Origin: Candidatus Saccharimonadales bacterium
GTDB lineage: Bacteria; Patescibacteriota; Saccharimonadia; Saccharimonadales; JACDBH01
NCBI GenBank assembly: GCA_041752595.1
Contig: JBGSWE010000004.1
Span: 151,057-215,056 of the forward strand
DNA: 64,000 bases
Direction: 5' to 3'
The notes beneath the pieces were generated by a model. The model was not told the origin of the DNA and did no database searches. It was given only the letters and a program-made list of their open reading frames with translations. How positions within the stretch are numbered: position 1 is the stretch's first letter; each line of letters starts with the position of its first letter. Position numbers and translations under genes: made by a program. Positions 1 through 8,376 of the stretch are shown here, piece after piece.

Positions 1-83
1 GTTTATATATTGGTGGACGTTTGTAAAAACACACTAACCATAATTAGATACACGTTACTAAGCTCAGAATAACCGCAGGTTAT

Positions 84-587
84 TTATACTTGCTTTACCG
101 CTTCATCGAGTGATTTATTGTATTCTGCTACGTCAGAATTAAATTCCTTCTGATATTCTTTGATAGCGTGTTTTGTAAGTTCCCTTACTTTATCTTCTAC
201 TTTTGATTCCGCTATAACAACAATCGCTGACTCGTTATTTTCTAGTAGCTCACCAATGTCTTTTAGATCATCTTTTGATACATCATTTAGGCTATGCCCT
301 ATAGTCGCGCCAGCTGTAGCACCAATGACTCCACTGGCTATAATACTTGGTGGGAATATTATTCCAAGTACTGCACCAACTGCCAAACCTCGACGTAGTC
401 CTTTGCCTGTTGAGTCTGTGTGTCGCTTAACATTTAGCTTGCCTTCGGCGTCTTTAGTAACAATACCAACATCGTATGTTCCAACCCAGCCTTCTTTGTT
501 AAGCGCTTGTAATAGCTCAAAATCTTCGCTTGCAGCTGTTTCGTCTGAGTATGCTGCTACGTATATAAACATTGTTTTGTCATCCAT
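84..587 (-). CDS. DUF1269-like membrane/stress protein
   Basis: 167-aa ORF. Gly/Ala-rich membrane segment (GLAVGAVLGIIFPP..GVIGATAGATIG) followed by an acidic soluble tail. The plus-strand ORF 160..624 is its antisense shadow. Confidence 0.55.
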   Translation of the reverse strand: MDDKTMFIYVAAYSDETAASEDFELLQALNKEGWVGTYDVGIVTKDAEGKLNVKRHTDSTGKGLRRGLAVGAVLGIIFPPSIIASGVIGATAGATIGHSLNDVSKDDLKDIGELLENNESAIVVIAESKVEDKVRELTKHAIKEYQKEFNSDVAEYNKSLDEAVKQV

Positions 588-790
588 GATTTTTCTCCTT
601 TGTTATGGTCCAAAACTAGTATAGTTGTTAATATAGTTAGTCCTAGTAACATATTTTACAAACCACTATGTTTATTAGTATATAAATAGGATTAACGTAT
701 ATATTAGGGGATACTATATATAGTGATTATTGTTTGTGTTCAAATAACCTAATAAATATATATAATTAATAAAATGAAAGTAGGCTTAAA

Positions 791-1006
791 GTGGTAGCTA
801 AATCTTACAATTCAGACAAAATCAAAAAGTTGTATTTATCGGTAGAGGACAAAAAAATTTCTGGTGTATGTGGTGGTATTGCCGAGTATATTGAGGTAGA
901 CTCAACTGTTATCCGATTAGCCTGGGTGGTTATAACGCTAATTAGCGGCGTAATACCTGGATTAATTGCCTACATTATTGCCGCTGCGATAATCCCAAAA
1001 AAGTAG
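791..1006 (+). CDS. PspC-domain membrane protein
   Basis: 71 aa with a GTG start. [27 protein letters not shown] matches the PspC domain pattern and is followed by one TM helix. Confidence 0.75.
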   Translation: MVAKSYNSDKIKKLYLSVEDKKISGVCGGIAEYIEVDSTVIRLAWVVITLISGVIPGLIAYIIAAAIIPKK

Positions 1007-1020
1007 CTATTTATATATGT

Positions 1021-1047
1021 CTGGGGATGAAGGATTTGAATTCAGAA
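1021..1047 (-). repeat. Degenerate copy of the tRNA-Gln 3' end (att-like scar)
   Basis: ctggggatgaaggatttgaattcagaat compared with the intact gene at 3802-3830 (ctggggatgagggattcgaacccccgaat). The first 10 nt are identical and overall identity is about 75% by eye. Confidence 0.5.
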
Positions 1048-1320
1048 TCATAGTCGCTTTGGTGCTGTGTCATATACGGTTGATCTATGTTGAATTACAA
1101 AAATCTTAACCTTGTTGACTTCTATTCTAAATACTATACGATAGTCGCCAACTTTTAGCTTGCGGTACCCTTTTAGTGATCTACGAAGTGGTCTACTGTA
1201 TACTTCGGGTCGAGTCATTAGTTTCATTTCAATAGCTTTTTTAATCTCACTCTTCCAAGGTTCTATAATATTAGGAATATCTTCGTCGACTACTTTATCA
1301 ACGTAAAGAATTTTGTACAT
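1048..1320 (-). CDS. RelE/ParE-family toxin
   Basis: 90 aa. The C-terminal YRIVFRIEVNKVKIFVIQHRS resembles the RelE/ParE core. It abuts the upstream small ORF directly (1320/1321). Confidence 0.7.
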   Translation of the reverse strand: MYKILYVDKVVDEDIPNIIEPWKSEIKKAIEMKLMTRPEVYSRPLRRSLKGYRKLKVGDYRIVFRIEVNKVKIFVIQHRSTVYDTAPKRL

Positions 1321-1545
1321 TTATTTACCGAAGGCTTGGGTATGAGAATGGAAAGTACTGTCTTTTTGGTCTCGACCAGCAGCTATTTTATCCCACATAT
1401 CATCTTCTTCAACTTCCATGCCAATTTCAATCAATCGAACCGCTTTAGTAGCTGCTGGCATTTGGTCTCGCTTTGAAATACTGACGAGGACTTTTTTTAC
1501 ATCGTCAGGGAGGCTTATGTTTATGCGTGATTTTGCTGTACTCAT
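1321..1545 (-). CDS. Ribbon-helix-helix type antitoxin
   Basis: 74 aa. The N-terminal RINISLPDDVKKVL has an RHH beta-strand pattern. It lies immediately upstream of the RelE-like toxin. Confidence 0.55.
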   Translation of the reverse strand: MSTAKSRINISLPDDVKKVLVSISKRDQMPAATKAVRLIEIGMEVEEDDMWDKIAAGRDQKDSTFHSHTQAFGK

Positions 1546-1700
1546 AGAAAAAGTGTATCAAAAGTGTGCCACATGTCAAACATTGCTTTCATGACTGAGC
1601 ATATGGGTCTGGTGATGTTTTGCTGGCGTGACTACATGCTTTACTTAAGCTCGAATATCTATTTAGCTGCCCTTAGTAAACGTACTTCGCAACTTTCCTT

Positions 1701-1949
1701 CTACAAATCCCTTAGAGGAATTCCTGTCTTTTTAGAAACTTCACGGGCCCACTCAAGCAGTCGGTCGAATTGTAGATCACGAGCAGACTGTTCGGTTTCA
1801 ATATTATCTAGACGTTTCAAAAAACCATCAAGTGTATTCAAAAGTCTTTCCATACTATTTTGAGATGCTTTTTGATCAAGTTTAGTATTTACTTCGCTAC
1901 GGAATTCTTCGATATATTTGAATAATTTAGTGAATTGATCATCTTCCAT
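1701..1949 (-). CDS. Hypothetical coiled-coil protein
   Basis: 82-aa ORF with charged heptad-like composition. It competes with the overlapping plus-strand ORF 1564..1863, which looks non-coding (low-complexity, S/R-rich). Confidence 0.4.
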   Translation of the reverse strand: MEDDQFTKLFKYIEEFRSEVNTKLDQKASQNSMERLLNTLDGFLKRLDNIETEQSARDLQFDRLLEWAREVSKKTGIPLRDL

Positions 1950-2007
1950 AGAATTATTATACCAAACAAAATACGGTCATGTAATAAAGTGTTCATAGTG
2001 CTTATGC

Positions 2008-2037
2008 TTGGCTGGGGTTGAGGAATTAAAACTTTTG
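2008..2037 (-). repeat. Degenerate copy of the tRNA-Gln 3' end (att-like scar)
   Basis: ttggctggggttgaggaattaaaacttttg compared with 3798-3827 (ttggctggggatgagggattcgaacccccg). About 22/30 positions match. Confidence 0.45.
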
Positions 2038-2074
2038 TAGATTATATAATATAGAAATCCTGACTGAACTTGTT

Positions 2075-2320
2075 TTAAAGATCTTTGTAAGTTTTTTCGT
2101 TCCGGCGGTCTATTCTTATAATTAAAAAGCTGTTTTCATCTTTTCTATATACAATTCTTAACCATCCCTTTCGTACTCTAAAAAGATCAGAATGACCCTT
2201 TAGTAGCTTAATATCTAGCCCTAGGGTATCGTCTAGTTTGACTCGCAATATCAACAACTTAACTAATTCACGCTCTTGAGAGTTAAGTTTGGCTAAAAGT
2301 TTTTTTATCTTATCAGCCAT
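2075..2320 (-). CDS. RelE/ParE-like toxin
   Basis: 81 aa. FRVRKGWLRIVYRKDENSFLIIRIDRRNEKTY resembles the RelE/ParE core. It lies 6 nt downstream of a Phd/YefM-like ORF. Confidence 0.65.
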   Translation of the reverse strand: MADKIKKLLAKLNSQERELVKLLILRVKLDDTLGLDIKLLKGHSDLFRVRKGWLRIVYRKDENSFLIIRIDRRNEKTYKDL

Positions 2321-2326
2321 AATAAA

Positions 2327-2554
2327 TTATGCCTCTAGTGCTGCTAGTACGTCTTCAGCTTTAATGCCATTATCTTCAATGGTAGTAAAATCAGCAATAG
2401 TTTGCCAATTGCCTTCGTCGCTGATTGGGTTTAACTGAAAAATAGGTTTTGATCGTTTAACTACCGTAAAGCTTTGTCCCTTAGAAATAGCTTCAATATA
2501 CTTAGGGAACTGTTCACGTAGTTCTTTAAGGCTAACAGTTGTATTTGTAGTCAT
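2327..2554 (-). CDS. Phd/YefM-family antitoxin
   Basis: 75 aa. The N-terminus VSLKELREQFPKYIEAISKGQSFTVVKRSKPIF is typical of Phd/YefM. Confidence 0.7.
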   Translation of the reverse strand: MTTNTTVSLKELREQFPKYIEAISKGQSFTVVKRSKPIFQLNPISDEGNWQTIADFTTIEDNGIKAEDVLAALEA

Positions 2555-2598
2555 GCACTAAGTTTATCTAAAGATTAACTTTGTGTCAATATGTTTTT

Positions 2599-2654
2599 TG
2601 GTTGGGAGTTTGGAATTCGAACCTTTTGCTAGGAGATAGGGGATTCGAACTAGG
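2599..2654 (-). repeat. Direct repeat C1: two tandem tRNA-3'-end-like motifs
   Basis: tggttgggagtttggaattcgaaccttttgctaggagataggggattcgaactagg. It shares a 27-nt perfect core (ggaattcgaaccttttgctaggagata) with 3698-3753. It contains two T-arm-like GGTTCGAAT motifs when read on the minus strand. Confidence 0.7.
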
Positions 2655-2669
2655 AAAAAGCTTATAGAT

Positions 2670-2927
2670 TTATAAGTTACGAGTATTTTTTGATGGGTTT
2701 ACCTTTAGGCTTTCAACGAGTTCGGATTCTTTTAATGTCGGTCTTTTTATATCCAAAATAATTCGTTTTAGAATACTTTTTATGTCATTGTTACTTTGAC
2801 CTATTATGTCAATTGGGTTTTCAGTCCAGCTAGTAATTTTACCTTTGTCATTATAGAAAACTTCATGTACAGCAAAATAGCTGGGTTTTTCAGCATCATG
2901 TTTAATAATTCTATAGTTCCAGGTCAT
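2670..2927 (-). CDS. Hypothetical protein
   Basis: 85-aa ORF lying between repeat C1 and the VapBC pair. I recognise no motif. Confidence 0.4.
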   Translation of the reverse strand: MTWNYRIIKHDAEKPSYFAVHEVFYNDKGKITSWTENPIDIIGQSNNDIKSILKRIILDIKRPTLKESELVESLKVNPSKNTRNL

Positions 2928-2939
2928 AAGAGGTACAAC

Positions 2940-3302
2940 TCAGCTTTTTAGGGGGTTAAAAATACTTAGACCATGAATGTGAGAGAAATCTTGAACATTA
3001 GCTGTCCAAAGTTTCAGGTCATGTTCAAGTGCTGTAGCGGCTATAATTGAATCACCTAAACTCATACTCTTTGCCTGTCGCAATCTTATGGCTCGCTCGG
3101 TAATAGAACCCGTAAGTTCCAGACAATATGACTCATTAAACAGTTCTTCGAGCAACAATAATTCATTTGCGGGGATGCTGGAAAATCCCAGGGCCTCAAT
3201 TTTAGTAATACTAGCGTGTGATATATCGGTATTAGAAATGATGCTATGAGGTATTGTATTGTTTGTTAGATAAATAAAGACATTAGTATCAAGAATAATC
3301 AT
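2940..3302 (-). CDS. vapC: PIN-domain toxin VapC
   Basis: 120 aa. MIILDTNVFIYL is a PIN N-terminus with the conserved Asp. The size is typical, and it lies 5 nt downstream of an AbrB-type antitoxin ORF. Confidence 0.85.
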   Translation of the reverse strand: MIILDTNVFIYLTNNTIPHSIISNTDISHASITKIEALGFSSIPANELLLLEELFNESYCLELTGSITERAIRLRQAKSMSLGDSIIAATALEHDLKLWTANVQDFSHIHGLSIFNPLKS

Positions 3303-3307
3303 AGAAG

Positions 3308-3571
3308 TTATTCTCTTCCCGGTAAAAACCGATCTTGACGTATTTTACGCTGCCAAGCGATAGGATCAGCTATGTCTTTATATGCTCCGGAATTTTGCAG
3401 CTCTTTCAGTAATTCCTGGATCCGATTACGATCTTGTTTCTGATGTGGTGTTGGAAGCTCTATATCTGCCTTTTGACCTAACTTGAGGCGTGCATCTTCT
3501 ACGTATTTTTTAGGCACACGTAGAGCATATGAATTACCTGTTTTTATTACTGTTGCAATGTATTTACTCAT
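3308..3571 (-). CDS. vapB: AbrB/SpoVT-type antitoxin VapB
   Basis: 87 aa. TGNSYALRVPKKYVEDARLKLGQKADIE matches the swapped-hairpin (AbrB/MazE) pattern. Confidence 0.75.
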   Translation of the reverse strand: MSKYIATVIKTGNSYALRVPKKYVEDARLKLGQKADIELPTPHQKQDRNRIQELLKELQNSGAYKDIADPIAWQRKIRQDRFLPGRE

Positions 3572-3697
3572 AGTAACTATTATTATATATACGTATTCTT
3601 AAATATCAAGTATTTTCTTGCGATTTCAATTACATTTTAAGCGTTCTGAGAGGGATAAGCATAAGTTTAATTCGTATGTTTCTGTTTGGGCGTACTA

Positions 3698-3753
3698 TGG
3701 TTGGAGGTGGGAATTCGAACCTTTTGCTAGGAGATAAGGGATTCGAACTTTTC
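3698..3753 (-). repeat. Direct repeat C2 (partner of C1)
   Basis: tggttggaggtgggaattcgaaccttttgctaggagataagggattcgaacttttc. About 90% identical to 2599-2654. Confidence 0.7.
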
Positions 3754-3798
3754 AACTTCCAGATAAGAGGTTTGGTTGTATTAGCTGAATAATTATAT

Positions 3799-3873
3799 TG
3801 GCTGGGGATGAGGGATTCGAACCCCCGAATGCCAGTACCAAAAACTGGTGCCTTACCGCTTGGCCAATCCCCA
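3799..3873 (-). tRNA. tRNA-Gln (anticodon TTG), CCA encoded
   Basis: The reverse complement folds as a cloverleaf. Acceptor stem TGGGGAT/ATCCCCA, anticodon stem CCAGT/ACTGG with loop TTTTGGT, T-loop GGTTCGAATCC. It is close to E. coli tRNA-Gln. Confidence 0.9.
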
Positions 3874-3960
3874 ATATGCTAACTTAATGTTAAACTAATT
3901 TTACAGAGTCAAAACAGCTAGATTGTAACAGATTATCTCTGTTGCCGCTAGGTATAATAT

Positions 3961-4551
3961 TTAAAAAAATATATTAACCATTGGGCTGAGAGTTTGAGGG
4001 TCAATTACTTGAGTTATAAAAAAATGTCTCCGGGGGGTTAATAATCTACTGGTGTTGCTGGTTTTTACAACAATATAATTATATTCAAGGGACAACTCCT
4101 CAATAGTACCCTTGATTTGTTTTGAATTAATTGGGGTTGGATTAAGGTTTCCAGTTTTAGGATCTTGCCATACAGCCTGAAAGGGTTTTGTGTTCCCTAT
4201 AGAGTTAATTGTTAATCGTTTGCCCTTTAGTATTTTTTCTAGATTAGTCTGATCTTGCTGGGTTTGTTTAATTGCGCTGTCTTCTATCTGCTCAGATTGA
4301 ATTTTTTTAATATGAGAATCCAGGCTGCTAGTTATTAATTGTTGCTTTTTATCTTCTGGAATATCATTTGCGGTCAAATACAGTCCATTTCCAGCTTGTA
4401 ATTGCTCCAACATTTTACGTGTATCATTTTCTGCATCTGATGCATAGAGGCGCGCTGAGCTTGCTGTAGTGAGGTTAGTGGCAGCACTCAAAAAACTCTG
4501 CACAACCTGTTCGCCGTTTATTTCAAAATCATTAAATTTTTTTAAATTCAT
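3961..4551 (-). CDS. Hypothetical protein
   Basis: 196-aa ORF, Q/K/T-rich, with no recognisable motif. Confidence 0.45.
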   Translation of the reverse strand: MNLKKFNDFEINGEQVVQSFLSAATNLTTASSARLYASDAENDTRKMLEQLQAGNGLYLTANDIPEDKKQQLITSSLDSHIKKIQSEQIEDSAIKQTQQDQTNLEKILKGKRLTINSIGNTKPFQAVWQDPKTGNLNPTPINSKQIKGTIEELSLEYNYIVVKTSNTSRLLTPRRHFFITQVIDPQTLSPMVNIFF

Positions 4552-4688
4552 ACCCCCACCCTATCATATAGATACCTAATAACGCATACACCACTGGAAC
4601 GTACAGATACAGCTAATACCACCAACTATAGCGTCAAGCTATCCAGTGCTTATGTTATAATTTTTTCATATATTAATAGGAATAAACA

Positions 4689-6221
4689 ATGACAACCAAA
4701 GATCCAATCGTAAATAATGATTCAAATAGCGAAAAAATCGAAGTTAACGTAACTGCTAAACAAGAAAAAGAAGAAAGTCCTTCATTAGAGACAGTCTCTA
4801 AAGAGACTGATACTGAAAATAAAGAACCGTTAGTCATGTCGCCTACTTTTAACACAGCAAATGCTTCTAAAAGTAAGAAGTCAATGTTTATAAAAGCATC
4901 TGTAGGTTTAGCTTTTGGCGCACTACTTATAGTTGGTGGATTTATAGGATTTACTACTTTAACAAAAGAAGAAACTGCCGATACTCCTTTAACCCAACAA
5001 ACACCAGAACCACAAAAACTTGGCGTCGCAGTAGTTGTAGTTGATGGTGCTGCTCAGTACAAAATTGACGATAATGAATGGGCGACACTTACAACTGAAA
5101 CGGAATTAAGCGAAGGTGCAACAATTATTACAAATCCTGGGGCACGCGTAGTTCTAGGGCTAGATGATGGTAGCGCGGTTAGGTTGAGTGAATCAACTTC
5201 TGTTACTCTGGAAAGTTTGGCTGCAAATGATATACGAATCAATAACAAAGCTGGCCAAGTTTACAGTAGGGTTGTCGCATCAGATCGCAAGTATACCGTA
5301 GCAATCGAAGATACTGACTACACAGCACTCGGAACAGCCTATAACACTATAAATACAGAAACAAATAAAGGCGTGCAGGTGTTGCACAGCTCTGTTTCTG
5401 TCAAGGGTGTTGAAGCTCCAGTCACTGAAGGAAAACAGTATTTTAAAGCTCATTCCCAAGCAACACTTACGAATGCTCTTAGCGATGTTCCTGTTGAAGA
5501 GTTAAAGGGTAATTCATTTATGGTATGGAATCTAGAGCAAGACGAGAAAAACGAGTCTTTCAAAGCCAACCTAGGATATTTACAAAAAATGAAAGAAACA
5601 ATTCCTGCTGCTCCAGCTCCAGAAGTCACTTCCCCGCAGATTAAGCTCACCGCCACAAACTCAGATAAAGGTGTTGTACTAAAGTGGTCTATCTCTGGTA
5701 TAAGCGCTCCTGATGGTTACAAGATTGTAAGAAGTAAGAAAACCTCTACCCCGACATATGGTAAGGACGATACCAAGTTTGCCGACGCTAAGGCTCGAAG
5801 CTTTACCTGGGGTGCAGAAGAAGGCGGTTTGTTTAACTACCGTATTTGCGCCTACAAACCTGCCGACAAAACTTGTAGTCCTTATAGTAATACAGTTAAA
5901 TTAGAGTCACAGGCGATACTACCAGCACAGCCAATTCAAGGAACGGTTAGCCTTGCCCCATTTAGTGGTGGTGTAGTCGCAAATTGGACAGATACAGGAA
6001 CAGCACCTCAGGGTTGGAAGGTTGTAGTTAGTACAAGTCCTAGCCCTGTTTACGGTGGTGATAATATCAAAACCTATTACACTGACAAATCGCCTAAAAC
6101 CATAGAAGGCTTAGCAGATGGAACTTACTACGTTAGGGTCTGTAAATATACGGCATCCAAGATAGATAATGGCTGCACCAACTATTCAAACGAACAAACA
6201 CTAGTAATTAGCACTTTGTAG
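4689..6221 (+). CDS. Membrane-anchored FecR-domain protein with two Fn3-like C-terminal modules
   Basis: 510 aa. One TM helix (ASVGLAFGALLIVGGFIGF) and a FecR-like beta region (GATIITNPGARVVLGLDDGSAVRLSESTSVTL). Two repeated roughly 90-aa modules each end in a Cys pair (RICAYKPADKTCSPYSN and RVCKYTASKIDNGCTNYSN). Confidence 0.6.
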   Translation: MTTKDPIVNNDSNSEKIEVNVTAKQEKEESPSLETVSKETDTENKEPLVMSPTFNTANASKSKKSMFIKASVGLAFGALLIVGGFIGFTTLTKEETADTPLTQQTPEPQKLGVAVVVVDGAAQYKIDDNEWATLTTETELSEGATIITNPGARVVLGLDDGSAVRLSESTSVTLESLAANDIRINNKAGQVYSRVVASDRKYTVAIEDTDYTALGTAYNTINTETNKGVQVLHSSVSVKGVEAPVTEGKQYFKAHSQATLTNALSDVPVEELKGNSFMVWNLEQDEKNESFKANLGYLQKMKETIPAAPAPEVTSPQIKLTATNSDKGVVLKWSISGISAPDGYKIVRSKKTSTPTYGKDDTKFADAKARSFTWGAEEGGLFNYRICAYKPADKTCSPYSNTVKLESQAILPAQPIQGTVSLAPFSGGVVANWTDTGTAPQGWKVVVSTSPSPVYGGDNIKTYYTDKSPKTIEGLADGTYYVRVCKYTASKIDNGCTNYSNEQTLVISTL

Positions 6222-6281
6222 CTTATTATTTAAAGCATAAGCTATGGTAAAATGTATTAGTAATTAATACAGGATTTAAAC

Positions 6282-6953
6282 ATGCTTAATAAAAAATTTG
6301 CTTTATTGATTATTGGAGCACTAGCAATTAGTGTTTTTGCACCATTGTCCGTGGTCTATGCACAAGAAACTGGAGAGGACAATCCTACGTCGTCAGAAGT
6401 TGAGAACGAAGTAGAAAACAAGCAAGAAGAAGTAAAAAAAGAAGTAAATGAACGAGCCAAAAAGCGCTCAGAAGAGCTAAAAAAGACTGCTGAGGCCCGC
6501 CGTCAAGAAATCAAAAAGAATGTAGAAGCAAAAAAAGTTGAGATCAAAAAAGACGTTTGTGAAAACAGACAGAGCAGACTTAAGAGTTTACAGCCAAGAC
6601 TAAACACAAGGGCTTTAAATATAAAGACACGCTTGGATCAGCGTTATGAAAAAGTTGTTGAATTTTACCAGTCAAAAAACCTAGCCCTAACAGACTATGA
6701 AACACTTGTTCAGGCTATTGAGGTTGCAAAAGCAAACGCTGATACTGCCATATCAACTATGGAAGGTTACGAGTTCGAGGTGGATTGTGAAAGCGAAACT
6801 GTTGCCAGTGATCTAGCAACTTACAGAGAAGCTACTTCTGCAACCAAGGAGAGTTTGAAGGAATACAGGGCTAAAATTGTAGATTTAATTAACAGCATTA
6901 AGCCAGGTCTTAACTCTACGACCACTACAGAAGGAGGATCAACAAATGAATAA
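6282..6953 (+). CDS. Secreted coiled-coil protein
   Basis: 223 aa. Signal-peptide-like N-terminus (ALLIIGALAISVFAPLSVVYA) followed by a K/E-rich coiled coil. Confidence 0.5.
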   Translation: MLNKKFALLIIGALAISVFAPLSVVYAQETGEDNPTSSEVENEVENKQEEVKKEVNERAKKRSEELKKTAEARRQEIKKNVEAKKVEIKKDVCENRQSRLKSLQPRLNTRALNIKTRLDQRYEKVVEFYQSKNLALTDYETLVQAIEVAKANADTAISTMEGYEFEVDCESETVASDLATYREATSATKESLKEYRAKIVDLINSIKPGLNSTTTTEGGSTNE

Positions 6954-7209
6954 ATTCAATAATTCAGGATTTGGGGCTGTTGGAGTACTCATAGTTGTAG
7001 TCGTAATAGCAGTTGTTGGATTAGTTGGATATAAAGTCTATGACACCTCTCAATCTTCCGATGATAAGGTTCAAGAGACTACTAGTAATGTTTCAGATAA
7101 TCCTACTATACAAAATGCCCAAGATTTAGACAGTACGGCCGAAGAATTAAATTCTCAGGATATCGATGCCGAATTAGACACTTCAGATATTGACGCAGTA
7201 CTTAACTAA
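6946..7209 (+). CDS. Small N-terminally anchored acidic protein
   Basis: 87 aa. Its start overlaps the upstream stop by 8 nt. It has a hydrophobic N-terminal helix and an acidic tail. Confidence 0.45.
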   Translation: MNKFNNSGFGAVGVLIVVVVIAVVGLVGYKVYDTSQSSDDKVQETTSNVSDNPTIQNAQDLDSTAEELNSQDIDAELDTSDIDAVLN

Positions 7210-7279
7210 CAACACTAGATCATTTAGAATTAATGATTAACACTAGTACAACGATATTAAATTTGCTATTGTTTAGTAT

Positions 7280-8368
7280 ATGAAATCAGTGGCAATAGCC
7301 GCACCCAAGAATCAACGAGCTTTAACTTATGCGGTTATAGCAGCACTTGTAGTTGGTTTTCTTTTCCTTCAAAATTTTGTTTCGCTCATTATTGCGGCTA
7401 TGATTATTGCTTTTCTTTTTGAGCCTGTTTATGCAAAATTTGTTAAGAAATTTAAAAAAGAATCAACAGCTGCTGCACTTACTCTGCTAGTTATATCGTT
7501 TGTCATTATTGTGCCTCTTGTATTGATAATGTTTGTAACTGTTAATCAAGCGTCTATTATTCTGGCAGATTTAAGCAACTTCGTGACTCAGCAACAGTAT
7601 TCTCAAGTACCAAGTAGGTTACTTATTTCAGTTAACGATTTTTTAACAGAACTTACGGGTAGGAATATTGCAATAACCCAGGAACAAGTTTTGGATAGGC
7701 TTGCTGATTATGCTTCATTAATTATTAATTTTGTTATCGACTCTATAACTTCATGGGTAGGTAGTTTGGGAAGTTTAATTACAAATTTAATAATTTTTAT
7801 ATATGTTCTTTCTGCTACTTTAATTCATCAAAACAAGCTGGCGGCACTGTTTAAAACCTTAAATCCTCTTGGAGATAGCGTTTCTGATTTATACCTGGAC
7901 CGGGCCGAAGGTATGACTAAAGGAATGATTCGTGGTCAATTTATAATAGCTACTATTCAAGGAGTCACGAGTGCTATAATACTGACTATTGCTGGTTTGC
8001 CGTATTTTGCATTCTTTGCCCTGATACTCAGTTTTATGTCGTTAATTCCTCTTGGTGCAGGTATTATTACTATTCCAATTGGTATAGCTCAGATACTACT
8101 CGGTAATGTGTGGCAAGGAATGGTTATTATATTAGGACATCTGCTAGTTGTTACTAACATCGATAACGTCCTTAAGCCAATATTAGTTCCTAAAGAAGTA
8201 AGACTGCAACCTGCCCTTTTAATATTGGCTGTTTTTGCAGGTTTAGGGTTATTTGGTTTCCTAGGAATATTTATTGGCCCAGTTATAATGATTATTATAA
8301 TTACTACAATTGATGTCTACATTAAGTATTCGAACAATATAGACAACAAAACAATTGAAACTAAATAG
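7280..8368 (+). CDS. AI-2E family transporter (PerM/UPF0118)
   Basis: 362 aa, polytopic. The C-terminal pattern GLFGFLGIFIGPVIM is typical of the AI-2E family. It is a paralogue of 18480..19592. Confidence 0.75.
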   Translation: MKSVAIAAPKNQRALTYAVIAALVVGFLFLQNFVSLIIAAMIIAFLFEPVYAKFVKKFKKESTAAALTLLVISFVIIVPLVLIMFVTVNQASIILADLSNFVTQQQYSQVPSRLLISVNDFLTELTGRNIAITQEQVLDRLADYASLIINFVIDSITSWVGSLGSLITNLIIFIYVLSATLIHQNKLAALFKTLNPLGDSVSDLYLDRAEGMTKGMIRGQFIIATIQGVTSAIILTIAGLPYFAFFALILSFMSLIPLGAGIITIPIGIAQILLGNVWQGMVIILGHLLVVTNIDNVLKPILVPKEVRLQPALLILAVFAGLGLFGFLGIFIGPVIMIIIITTIDVYIKYSNNIDNKTIETK

Positions 8369-8376
8369 TTTTTACA

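Noticed and set aside
160-624. Long ORFs antisense to confident genes. Examples: 160..624, 27882..28313, 33432..33908, 33984..34364, 36647..36991, 44528..44884, 45593..45892, 48191..48550 and 61117..61467.
   Set aside because: Each lies fully inside a strongly supported gene on the other strand (ribosomal proteins, rhodopsin, Rpf, the polymerase). Their translations are low-complexity and S/A/L-rich, typical of shadow ORFs.
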